Part shown: positions 28,505 to 40,725 of the stretch, in pieces
How the letters are laid out: each line of letters opens with the position of its first letter
How positions within the stretch are numbered: position 1 is the first letter of the stretch
Program-made: the position numbers and the translations under genes
Assembly: GCA_002269645.1 (NCBI GenBank)
Contig: NIVC01000056.1
Coordinates: 620,001-684,000, forward strand
Origin: Macrostomum lignano
Lineage: Eukaryota
Direction: 5' to 3'
Length of the DNA stretch: 64,000 bases
Notes under the pieces: generated by a model
What the model was told of the DNA's origin: nothing
The model's input: only the letters and a program-made list of their open reading frames with translations
The model's database searches: none

Positions 28505-28800
28505 TAGTATGGGGCTGTCCCAACAATTCCACCATAGCCAGTGTGGATGGGGCTGTCCCAACAATTCCACCATAGCCAGTGTGGATGGGGCTGTCCCAAC
28601 AATTCCACCATAGCCAGTGTGGATGGGGCTGTCCCAACAATTCCACCATAGCCAGTGTGGATAGGGCTGTCCCAACAATTCCAGCATAGCCAGTGTGGAT
28701 GGGGCTGTCCCAACAATTCCACCGTAGCCAGTGTGGATAGGGCTGTCCCAACAATTCCAGCATAGCCAGTGTGGATAGGGCTGTCCCAACAATTCCAGTA
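28505..28800. repeat. Minisatellite, 38-bp unit GGGGCTGTCCCAACAATTCCACCATAGCCAGTGTGGAT
   Basis: About 8 contiguous copies inside the giant element, no spacers. Confidence 0.95.
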
Positions 28801-31800
28801 TAGCTTGAAGAACAATATACACAAATACTATAAAAAGCAAAATGCTAGAGCTCCACCGCGGTCAGTGCACAGGATTTTATTAGAAACAGAATGCAAACAA
28901 ATGCGTCCTTTAAATAATATTCGAGTAAATCAAACAACAGTTGATCGGCTACTCGATTCAGAAACTTAAAATATAACCAGCTCCGCCAGAAAACTCATGA
29001 ATTAACTGACTGCTGCACAGATAGCGGCTGCTGCTGCTGCTGCTGCTGCGGCTTGTGAGCAGCAAGTGAACTAAATGACGGATGCAGCGGCGAGATCAGA
29101 ATGCTCGCTGCTGATCGTTAAAGCGCATTCTTGTCTCTTAGGCATGTCGCTGGCGTTGCTGACTTCAGAAGCTGCGAGGAAAAGAAATCAATTAAGATAG
29201 GCTTGCTTTAGTAATCATTAATAGGCTATAAAGGAACCCTTTAATAGAACGTGTTCAACTAATGCTGGGTCTGTTTTGAAAAGTCAGAACTCAGAAGTAG
29301 TCGCGATTAGAATCAGTATTGTCCCAATAAGTGCGACCCAACAAATGCTGTTCAAAAAATAAGCCTGGCTGCAATGTCCCAATAAATGCCCAACAAATTA
29401 CTAGCCTTGAACTAGGCTGGGCTGTGTTTACTATTCATTGCGTTTGTAGCTTGTGTCCCAACAATGCCACTGAGATGTTGCATTGCTTTTGAATTGTGCT
29501 CTACCAGGTAACACAAGTACTCTGGTATACAATACTTCTACAGCAGATAATACTCACCCAAAACAGATCGTCTCTTTCTCTTTAATCCTGTGCCGGACGG
29601 GTTTTCTTCAGATCCACCAGAAAATTCACAAATAGACTGACTGCCTGCAAGGATAGCGGCTGCTGCTGCTGCGGCTTGTGAGCAGCAAGTGAACTAAATG
29701 ACGGATGCAGCGGCGAGATCAGAATGCTCGCTGCTGATCGTTAAAGCGCATTCTTGTCTCTTAGGCATGTCGCTGGCGTTGCTGACTTCAGAAGCTGCGA
29801 GGAAAAGAAATTAATTAAGATAGGCTTGCTTTAGTAATCATTAATAGGCTATAAAAGAACCCTTTAATAGAACGTGTTCAACTAATGCTGGGTCTGTTTT
29901 GAAAAGTCAGAACTCAGAAGTAGTCGCGATTAGAATCAGTATTGTCCCAATAAGTGCGACCCAACAAATGCTGTTCAAAAAATAAGCCTGGCTGCAATGT
30001 CCCAATAAATGCCCAACAAATTACTAGCCTTGAACTAGGCTGGGCTGTGTTTACTATTCATTGCGTTTGTAGCTTGTGTCCCAACAATGCCACTGAGATG
30101 TTGCATTGCTTTTGAATTGTGCTCTACCAGGTAACACAAGTACTCTGGTGTAAAATACTTCTACAGAAGATAATACTCACCCAAAACAGATCGTCTCTTT
30201 CTCTTTAATCCTGTGCCGGATGGGTTTTCTTCAGATCCACCAGAAAATTCACAAATAGACTGACTGCCTGCAAGGATAGCGGCTGCTGCTGCTGCGGCTT
30301 GTGAGCAGCAAGTGAACTAAATGACGGATGCAGCGGCGAGATCAGAATGCTCGCTGCTGATCGTTAAAGCGCATTCTTGTCTCTTAGGCATGTCGCTGGC
30401 GTTGCTGACTTCAGAAGCTGTGAGGAAAAGAAATCAATTAAGATAGGCTTGCTTTAGTAATCATTAATAGGCTATAAAAGAACCCTTTAATAGAACGTGT
30501 TCAACTAATGCTGGGTCTGTTTTGAAAAGTCAGAACTCAGAAGTAGTCGCGATTAGAATCAGTATTGTCCCAATAAGTGCGACCCAACAAATGCTGTTCA
30601 AAAAATAAGCCTGGCTGCAATGTCCCAATAAATGCCCAACAAATTACTAGCCTTGAACTAGGCTGGGCTGTGTTTACTATTCATTGCGTTTGTAGCTTGT
30701 GTCCCAACAATGCCACTGAGATGTTGCATTGCTTTTGAATTGTGCTCTACCAGGTAACACAAGTACTCTGGTGTACAATACTTCTACAGCAGATAATACT
30801 CACCCAAAACAGATCGTCTCTTTCTCTTTAATCCTGTGCCGGACGGGTTTTCTTCAGATCCACCAGAAAATTCACAAATAGACTGACTGCCTGCACGGAT
30901 AGCGGCTGCTGCTGCTGCGGCTTGTGAGCAGCAAGTGAACTAAATGACGGATGCAGCGGCGAGATCAGAATGCTCGCTGCTGATCGTTAAAGCGCATTCT
31001 TGTCTCTTAGGCATGTCGCTGGCGTTGCTGACTTCAGAAGCTGTGAGGAAAAGAAATCAATTAAGATAGGCTTGCTTTAGTAATCATTAATAGGCTATAA
31101 AAGAACCCTTTAATAGAACGTGTTCAACTAATGCTGGGTCTGTTTTGAAAAGTCAGAACTCAGAAGTAGTCGCGATTAGAATCAGTATTGTCCCAATAAG
31201 TGCGACCCAACAAATGCTGTTCAAAAAATAAGCCTGGCTGCAATGTCCCAATAAATGCCCAACAAATTACTAGCCTTGAACTAGGCTGGGCTGTGTTTAC
31301 TATTCATTGCGTTTGTAGCTTGTGTCCCAACAATGCCACTGAGATGTTGCATTGCTTTTGAATTGTGCTCTACCAGGTAACACAAGTACTCTGGTATACA
31401 ATACTTCTACAGCAGATAATACTCACCCAAAACAGATCGTCTCTTTCTCTTTAATCCTGTGCCGGACGGGTTTTCTTCAGATCCACCAGAAAATTCACAA
31501 ATAGACTGACTGCCTGCAAGGATAGCGGCTGCTGCTGCTGCGGCTTGTGAGCAGCAAGTGAACTAAATGACGGATGCAGCGGCGAGATCAGAATGCTCGC
31601 TGCTGATCGTTAAAGCGCATTCTTGTCTCTTAGGCATGTCGCTGGCGTTGCTGACTTCAGAAGCTGCGAGGAAAAGAAATCAATTAAGATAGGCTTGCTT
31701 TAGTAATCATTAATAGGCTATAAAAGAACCCTTTAATAGAACGTGTTCAACTAATGCTGGGTCTGTTTTGAAAAGTCAGAACTCAGAAGTAGTCGCGATT

Positions 31801-34069
31801 AGAATCAGTATTGTCCCAATAAGTGCGACCCAACAAATGCTGTTCAAAAAATAAGCCTGGCTGCAATGTCCCAATAAATGCCCAACAAATTACTAGCCTT
31901 GAACTAGGCTGGGCTGTGTTTACTATTCATTGCGTTTGTAGCTTGTGTCCCAACAATGCCACTGAGATGTTGCATTGCTTTTGAATTGTGCTCTACCAGG
32001 TAACACAAGTACTCTGGTGTACAATACTTCTACAGCAGATAATACTCACCCAAAACAGATCGTCTCTTTCTCTTTAATCCTGTGCCGGACGGGTTTTCTT
32101 CAGATCCACCAGAAAATTCACAAATAGACTGACTGCCTGCAAGGATAGCGGCTGCTGCTGCTGCGGCTTGTGAGCAGCAAGTGAACTAAATGACGGATGC
32201 AGCGGCGAGATCAGAATGCTCGCTGCTGATCGTTAAAGCGCATTCTTGTCTCTTAGGCATGTCGCTGGCGTTGCTGACTTCAGAAGCTGCGAGGAAAAGA
32301 AATCAATTAAGATAGGCTTGCTTTAGTAATCATTAATAGGCTATAAAAGAACCCTTTAATAGAACGTGTTCAACTAATGCTGGGTCTGTTTTGAAAAGTC
32401 AGAACTCAGAAGTAGTCGCGATTAGAATCAGTATTGTCCCAATAAGTGCGACCCAACAAATGCTGTTCAAAAAATAAGCCTGGCTGCAATGTCCCAATAA
32501 ATGCCCAACAAATTACTAGCCTTGAACTAGGCTGGGCTGTGTTTACTATTCATTGCGTTTGTAGCTTGTGTCCCAACAATGCCACTGAGATGTTGCATTG
32601 CTTTTGAATTGTGCTCTACCAGGTAACACAAGTACTCTGGTGTACAATACTTCTACAGCAGATAATACTCACCCAAAACAGATCGTCTCTTTCTCTTTAA
32701 TCCTGTGCCGGACGGGTTTTCTTCAGATCCACCAGAAAATTCACAAATAGACTGACTGCCTGCACGGATAGCGGCTGCTGCTGCTGCGGCTTGTGAGCAG
32801 CAAGTGAACTAAATGACGGATGCAGCGGCGAGATCAGAATGCTCGCTGCTGATCGTTAAAGCGCATTCTTGTCTCTTAGGCATGTCGCTGGCGTTGCTGA
32901 CTTCAGAAGCTGTGAGGAAAAGAAATCAATTAAGATAGGCTTGCTTTAGTAATCATTAATAGGCTATAAAAGAACCCTTTAATAGAACGTGTTCAACTAA
33001 TGCTGGGTCTGTTTTGAAAAGTCAGAACTCAGAAGTAGTCGCGATTAGAATCAGTATTGTCCCAATAAGTGCGACCCAACAAATGCTGTTCAAAAAATAA
33101 GCCTGGCTGCAATGTCCCAATAAATGCCCAACAAATTACTAGCCTTGAACTAGGCTGGGCTGTGTTTACTATTCATTGCGTTTGTAGCTTGTGTCCCAAC
33201 AATGCCACTGAGATGTTGCATTGCTTTTGAATTGTGCTCTACCAGGTAACACAAGTACTCTGGTATACAATACTTCTACAGCAGATAATACTCACCCAAA
33301 ACAGATCGTCTCTTTCTCTTTAATCCTGTGCCGGACGGGTTTTCTTCAGATCCACCAGAAAATTCACAAATAGACTGACTGCCTGCAAGGATAGCGGCTG
33401 CTGCTGCTGCGGCTTGTGAGCAGCAAGTGAACTAAATGACGGATGCAGCGGCGAGATCAGAATGCTCGCTGCTGATCGTTAAAGCGCATTCTTGTCTCTT
33501 AGGCATGTCGCTGGCGTTGCTGACTTCAGAAGCTGCGAGGAAAAGAAATCAATTAAGATAGGCTTGCTTTAGTAATCATTAATAGGCTATAAAAGAACCC
33601 TTTAATAGAACGTGTTCAACTAATGCTGGGTCTGTTTTGAAAAGTCAGAACTCAGAAGTAGTCGCGATTAGAATCAGTATTGTCCCAATAAGTGCGACCC
33701 AACAAATGCTGTTCAAAAAATAAGCCTGGCTGCAATGTCCCAATAAATGCCCAACAAATTACTAGCCTTGAACTAGGCTGGGCTGTGTTTACTATTCATT
33801 GCGTTTGTAGCTTGTGTCCCAACAATGCCACTGAGATGTTGCATTGCTTTTGAACATACATGCGCAACTGCTGGCCGACCTGGCCGATCCGGCCACCGTA
33901 AATCGTGGCTGACCAGGGGTAAGTCGCAAAATTGAGTCAACCAAAAACAGAAAAACACAAGAACCAAGAAAGGCAAGAGGAAAGCGAAAGAAAGAGCAGT
34001 TCAGGGAAAATCGTGAAGCAAAAGAAAAACAATTCGCAAAAGAAGCAAACTAAGTTGTAAAAATAATCA

Positions 34070-34470
34070 GGTACTGGTAAGTCGCAAAAGGGTTAGGTAA
34101 GTCACAAAAAGGATTAGGTAAGTCCCAAAAAGGATTAGGTAAGTCGCAAAAAGGATTAGGTAAGTCGCAAAAAGAATCAGGTAAGTCGCAAAAGGATCAG
34201 CTAAGTCGCAAAAGGATTAGGTAACTCGCAAAAAGGATTAGGTAAGTCGCAAAAAGGATTAAGTAAGTCGCAAAAAGGATTAGGTAAGTCGCAAAAGGGT
34301 TAGGTAAGTCGCAAAAGGATTAGGTAAGTCGCAAAAGGATTAGGTAAGTCGCAAAAAGGATTAGGTAAGTCGCAAAAGGGTTAGGTAAGTCGCAAAAGGA
34401 TTAGGTAAGTCGCAAAAGGATTAGGTAAGTCGCAAAAAGGATTAGGTAAGTCGCAAAAAGAAGCAACTAA
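34070..34470. repeat. Minisatellite, 20-21-bp unit GGATTAGGTAAGTCGCAAAA inside the 2.1-kb transposon
   Basis: Tandem copies; the TAAGTCGCA core also occurs near both TIRs. Confidence 0.92.
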
Positions 34471-34729
34471 GTCGCAATAAGAGGGAAGTAAGTCACAATC
34501 AGAGGCAATCAGGGGGTAGTAGGTGCAAGTGTGGCAGGAGAGCAAAAACAGAATAGAAGCCTTCAACAACAGACAAGATCTTTGAAATCAGAAGCCCGCG
34601 TCAACAGTTTCCCATTGATTTCTTAAACTCTGGAGCAGGGGTCGGCAAACTCCGGCTCGCGAAGCCCCTCTATCTGGCCCTCGCCCCTCGGGTTCTTTGA
34701 AACTTCCTAACTACGAGTAGCAAGGTTGG

Positions 34730-35400
34730 TGTCTCTTCAACTCTCATCTCTCTCTTCTTCTCTACCTTGCCTCCCCTCTTCTCTCTCTCCCCCTTTTCCC
34801 TCTTCTCTCTCCTCTCATTTTTACTCTCCTCTCTTCTCCCCTTTCTCTCTACCCTTTCTCCTCAATGCCCTCTTCTCTCCTCTTATCTTCAGCAAAAATA
34901 TGTGCATATTTTCTTACTTCAAAGTAGAGGAAATAGAAGATTAGAGATAAGCAAACAGAGGAGAGGCGAGCGATGCGATGGGAGAAAAGATAGAAAAGGA
35001 GAGAAAAGCTGAGGGAGGAAAAAGAGATGAGAGAGAAGAGGAGATGAGAGGAAAGAGGAAAGAAAAGATGATGGATGAGATCAGAAGAGAGGAAAGAGGA
35101 AAGAGGAGAGAGTAGATGAGAGAAGAGAGGATAAAGAGGAGATGAGAGGAGAGTGAAGAGAGGAGAGATGAGAGAGTAGAAAAGAGAGGAGAGATAAGAT
35201 GAGAGAGTATAAAAGAGAGGAGAGATAAGATGAGAGAGTAGAGTGGAATGGAGAGAGACGAGAGGAGAGATAAGAATGTAGAGAGGAGACAGAAGAGATA
35301 GGAGAGGAGAGGAAAGAGAGGAGAGAGGAGAGGAAAGAGAGAAGGGATAAGGGATGAGAGAGAAAAGAAAAAGAGGATGAGAAGATTGAGGAATGGAGAG
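34730..35400. repeat. Polypyrimidine tract followed by a polypurine (GA-rich) tract
   Basis: CT-rich ~34730-34890 and GA-rich ~34920-35400. Confidence 0.85.
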
Positions 35401-38400
35401 AATTTGCAAAGGCCTCAAATCTTAGTTTAACATGCATTACTCCCATCTTTGCCTTTTTCCTAACTGTTAACAAGTTTTTGTTTGAGCATGACTTCAAATT
35501 TAGAATCTATGCAAAAATAGTTCCGGGAATTAGAATTCAGTGGTTTAAAAATCTGTGGGTTTTCACAGCTTGTATCTCTACTGGATTCGTATTCTGCATC
35601 TGATGAGCCATCTGAGTCAGGGCTCTCATCTTCCATGCCAAATCGTCTAGCAAATCGTTCTTGAGCTATAGGTCACACTGTATTCACTTCACTTACTTCT
35701 GGACATTCATGAATCATGACTTTTGTAGTATGCTCACTACACTGTACTGACAATTTACTAATTGCTTCATGCCGCCACTAGATGACATACTGATTAGCTG
35801 TTATAAAAACGCGGAATCTGCACGCAGCACTAATTAGCTGGCGAGGCATTTAGCTTTAAAAAATATGGTCATAGTTACTCCTGCCGTTTACCTAAAGTTT
35901 TTGCTTGGCTCTTTCATAGGTAAGTCGCATTTTTTATCGAAAACTAAGTCGCACGGCCAGCGTAATTTTAGAAGTTGCGCATGTATGCTTTTGAATTGTG
36001 CTCTACCAGGTAACACAAGTACTCTGGTATACAATACTTCTACAGCAGATAATACTCACCCAAAACAGATCGTCTCTTTCTCTTTAATCCTGTGCCGGAC
36101 GGGTTTTCTTCAGATCCACCAGAAAATTCACAAATAGACTGACTGCCTGCAAGGATAGCGGCTGCTGCTGCTGCGGCTTGTGAGCAGCAAGTGAACTAAA
36201 TGACGGATGCAGCGGCGAGATCAGAATGCTCGCTGCTGATCGTTAAAGCGCATTCTTGTCTCTTAGGCATGTCGCTGGCGTTGCTGACTTCAGAAGCTGC
36301 GAGGAAAAGAAATTAATTAAGATAGGCTTGCTTTAGTAATCATTAATAGGCTATAAAAGAACCCTTTAATAGAACGTGTTCAACTAATGCTGGGTCTGTT
36401 TTGAAAAGTCAGAACTCAGAAGTAGTCGCGATTAGAATCAGTATTGTCCCAATAAGTGCGACCCAACAAATGCTGTTCAAAAAATAAGCCTGGCTGCAAT
36501 GTCCCAATAAATGCCCAACAAATTACTAGCCTTGAACTAGGCTGGGCTGTGTTTACTATTCATTGCGTTTGTAGCTTGTGTCCCAACAATGCCACTGAGA
36601 TGTTGCATTGCTTTTGAATTGTGCTCTACCAGGTAACACAAGTACTCTGGTGTACAATACTTCTACAGCAGATAATACTCACCCAAAACAGATCGTCTCT
36701 TTCTCTTTAATCCTGTGCCGGACGGGTTTTCTTCAGATCCACCAGAAAATTCACAAATAGACTGACTGCCTGCAAGGATAGCGGCTGCTGCTGCTGCGGC
36801 TTGTGAGCAGCAAGTGAACTAAATGACGGATGCAGCGGCGAGATCAGAATGCTCGCTGCTGATCGTTAAAGCGCATTCTTGTCTCTTAGGCATGTCGCTG
36901 GCGTTGCTGACTTCAGAAGCTGCGAGGAAAAGAAATCAATTAAGATAGGCTTGCTTTAGTAATCATTAATAGGCTATAAAAGAACCCTTTAATAGAACGT
37001 GTTCAACTAATGCTGGGTCTGTTTTGAAAAGTCAGAACTCAGAAGTAGTCGCGATTAGAATCAGTATTGTCCCAATAAGTGCGACCCAACAAATGCTGTT
37101 CAAAAAATAAGCCTGGCTGCAATGTCCCAATAAATGCCCAACAAATTACTAGCCTTGAACTAGGCTGGGCTGTGTTTACTATTCATTGCGTTTGTAGCTT
37201 GTGTCCCAACAATGCCACTGAGATGTTGCATTGCTTTTGAATTGTGCTCTACCAGGTAACACAAGTACTCTGGTGTACAATACTTCTACAGCAGATAATA
37301 CTCACCCAAAACAGATCGTCTCTTTCTCTTTAATCCTGTGCCGGACGGGTTTTCTTCAGATCCACCAGAAAATTCACAAATAGACTGACTGCCTGCACGG
37401 ATAGCGGCTGCTGCTGCTGCGGCTTGTGAGCAGCAAGTGAACTAAATGACGGATGCAGCGGCGAGATCAGAATGCTCGCTGCTGATCGTTAAAGCGCATT
37501 CTTGTCTCTTAGGCATGTCGCTGGCGTTGCTGACTTCAGAAGCTGTGAGGAAAAGAAATCAATTAAGATAGGCTTGCTTTAGTAATCATTAATAGGCTAT
37601 AAAAGAACCCTTTAATAGAACGTGTTCAACTAATGCTGGGTCTGTTTTGAAAAGTCAGAACTCAGAAGTAGTCGCGATTAGAATCAGTATTGTCCCAATA
37701 AGTGCGACCCAACAAATGCTGTTCAAAAAATAAGCCTGGCTGCAATGTCCCAATAAATGCCCAACAAATTACTAGCCTTGAGCTAGACTGGGCTGTGTTT
37801 ACTATTCATTGCGTTTGTAGCTTGTGTCCCAACAATGCCACTGAGATGTTGCATTGCTTTTGAATTGTGCTCTACCAGGTAACACAAGTACTCTGGTGTA
37901 CAATACTTCTACAGCAGATAATACTCACCCAAAACAGATCGTCTCTTTCTCTTTAATCCTGTGCCGGACGGGTTTTCTTCAGATCCACCAGAAAATTCAC
38001 AAATAGACTGACTGCCTGCATGGATAGCGGCTGCTGCTGCTGCTGCTGCTGCTGCTGCGGCTTGTGAGCAGCAAGTGAAATAAATGACGGATGCAGCGGC
38101 GAGTTTGAATGCGGACGAACCTGTGCGTGGGCGCACAAAAGAAAAATCACTTATTGAGAAATCTGTCTGATTTGTTTGAAAACAGATTTAAATGTCGCTG
38201 TTCTAATAAATGCTTCATTGTCAATGAAATTTTACTGTACAATTAAAATACTCGTAGTTTGTCCCAACGGTGCTGCTTGTGTCAGTTAGATGGAGTATGT
38301 ACAAATTTCACTTTCTCGATAGTGCCGCAGCAACTTACTTTGCCCTTAGCTGACTGCAGGCAGGCTTGCTTGTTTTAATAATGCCCTAGAAAACAAAACA

Positions 38401-39151
38401 CTTATTGCAATTAAGTTTTAGTTACTGGGAGTTGCAATTTTCTGAGATCCTATCTCTTTGCTGACCGCCCATCTTCCCAATCAGATGAGCTTCTTTTTTG
38501 TTGCTGACTCTGCCCTGCTTTTCTTTAGGCGTTTGCCTTTGCAGTAAGCTTTGTTTCTCGTTCTAGAATGCTGTCATTTTATACTGTTCTTTAGTTATGT
38601 AATAATACTGCTTTGAGTAGAAAAATAATTTGACTATCGAATTATAACAGTAATATATTATATTAGTTGCCCAGCAAACTCACATAGTATTTCTCCAAGT
38701 CTCTAGTACTGTGGGCGATGTGTCATGCGAGATTTCTTTCCTAAATGTTTTGATTGAAACTTTTAGTAAAATTTGTTCTTCCTAGAAGTGTAAATTTTGC
38801 CTACTTATGATTGCTTAACTGGCTGTTGTAAATTAATTGATAAATAAGGTGATCGTGCCGCCTCTCTTATATTTCACTGAGCTCAGAGTATTACTAGGCT
38901 GCTTATTATTTTTTTCAACGTACAAAAAATACGACATATACGAGTACGAGACAATACTTACTGGACAATGAAGGCAAATCTGTTTGTTATAGAAGAAAAC
39001 GGTAGCTTATCGAAATCAACGTATCTGGAATTTTAGAAAAGACATATGTAAATTCCAGTTAAGTTTTTATTTAATCATAAAATTTTAAAAAGAATTTTAA
39101 ATTCTACTTACATATGTGTAATGGTTCCTAGCCAAGTCTTTTCATGCCAGG

Positions 39152-39709
39152 TCATGCATGGAAACTCTTGTGACATGGCACATTTTGTCTGTGTAGTGCA
39201 GGTCTCGTAAATGAATTATATTCGTTTTGAACATATGCAGTACGCCGTTTGTCAAAGGGAACTTCTACATGAACCTTTCCGTTAGAATTGGCTCTTCCTC
39301 TTGTAGGCCTCAACTTCAGTGTAAACTTTATCCCGACTCCCTTGCACCCGCCTCTCCTCCCCGCTTCCCCCCGCCGCGATAGGAATGTACGCGTGGCCTG
39401 GGTAAGGGATTGCCTGGGTCTTGTACACGCTTGTCCTAACACTTCTGCACTGTACGTGGGTTTATCTTTACGATCCAAGATAAGCAGAATTGTTTTCCAG
39501 GAAGGCCTAGTAGTTTTGGGCCAACTAGTCATCGATTTAGACTTTACAGTGACAGTGACACTCAAACATGTGCTAGCAGTCCATGCAGTCATCTTAAGTT
39601 TCTTGGTATCTCCGTACTTTTCAGTATACCAGACGATAATTATCATAATTCTAGGAAAAAATTTGCTGCATAGTATGGCTGCCCAAACCCAGGCCAATAA
39701 AGAAGTCAT
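39152..39709 (-). CDS. Orphan ORF (185 aa) inside the giant TIR element
   Basis: Longest non-repetitive ORF in the element interior. Basic composition, no recognised domain; may be an exon of a spliced gene. Confidence 0.3.
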   Translation of the reverse strand: MTSLLAWVWAAILCSKFFPRIMIIIVWYTEKYGDTKKLKMTAWTASTCLSVTVTVKSKSMTSWPKTTRPSWKTILLILDRKDKPTYSAEVLGQACTRPRQSLTQATRTFLSRRGEAGRRGGCKGVGIKFTLKLRPTRGRANSNGKVHVEVPFDKRRTAYVQNEYNSFTRPALHRQNVPCHKSFHA

Positions 39710-40576
39710 TTAAAGCCTTAGAGATTAAACGTTTCCCTCTAATACTCGTCCTCGGTTTTCTCGGGAAATGCAAAGTTTTTCTTTGCCCTTTATTTCTTTG
39801 CTCTAAAAGCGCTTCATAAGACTGTGAGAATTTCCACCGGAAAACTACCTCACTCAAAGTGTCACTTTACGTTAATGGCCTCCAGTCACTAACTTGAGTC
39901 CGTTAATCCCATTCACATATGACAAATAGATTAATGCAGCGGATTTAAAACGAGAATTTCAGTTAAAATGGCCCAGGGCACGAGCGGATGTAACCTTAAT
40001 TTGTTATGTTTCGTGTATAAGTGAAATTGGAAGCTAATGAATTTAGATGCTAGCTGTTTCTATGCAAAAATCTAAATATACTAAATCTATTAGGTTTGTA
40101 TGCTTGCTTGTAATATTCTAAATCTGTATTAAATTATTTCATATTTAGTAAACACGATGCCAAATGTCAGTGGATCCTTTCAAGTGTTGATTGGCAGCCC
40201 TGTGGGGAACCTTTATCTGTTACTTGTAGTAGACTTTCTTGATATTGTAAGAAATATTGTAATAAAACGAGAATTCCGATTTGAGACCCAATTGTTCTGT
40301 TGGATCAGACCATCAGTTCGCATAATTTTTTAAACTTCTTAGGACACTGCAAATCATTAGATTCCCCGTGTTTGATTAAAAATATGAAAAAATGACAATG
40401 ATTTTTGAAAGGAGAATCGAAAGACGGTTCCAATGAATATTTTTTCATTTCAATAGAATTCATTTTTGGAAGTGTCGGGACGCACTTATTGGGCCTGGCC
40501 CAACACATTTTTGGTCCTAATAGCACGGGTCAGTTTATACACGCTTGTCCCAAGAAATGCCTAATGCACAAACACA

Positions 40577-40614
<38 letters not shown>

Positions 40615-40725
40615 CACGCACACGCGTATTCACAGCAAGAGCTCCCTGCCGATGGCGCCATCGCCTGCGGCGATCGGCGCTGCAGGATGCGCTGCAGGAT
40701 GGCGCCACTGACGCCACTGACTAGT

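Larger units (their letters stand above)
33855..35987. mobile_element. Non-autonomous DNA transposon with 15-bp TIRs and 8-bp TSD (hAT- or P-like)
   Basis: TSD CTTTTGAA at 33847-33854 and 35988-35995; TIR CATACATGCGCAACT / AGTTGCGCATGTATG. Removing the 2133 bp plus one TSD restores the 623-bp period exactly. No transposase ORF. Confidence 0.93.
29002..38102. repeat. 623-bp tandem array (~11 full units plus a partial one), interrupted by a 2.1-kb insertion
   Basis: The anchor ATAGCGG recurs at 29021, 29653, 30276, 30899, 31522, 32145, 32768, 33391, 36155, 36778, 37401 and 38024. Spacing is 623 bp except for the first interval (longer GCT tract) and across the insertion. Confidence 0.97.

Noticed and set aside
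28505-28800. CRISPR-like array (38-bp repeats; also the 43-bp array at 10775-11160)
   Set aside because: Units are contiguous without unique spacers, no cas genes are present, and the context is eukaryotic.
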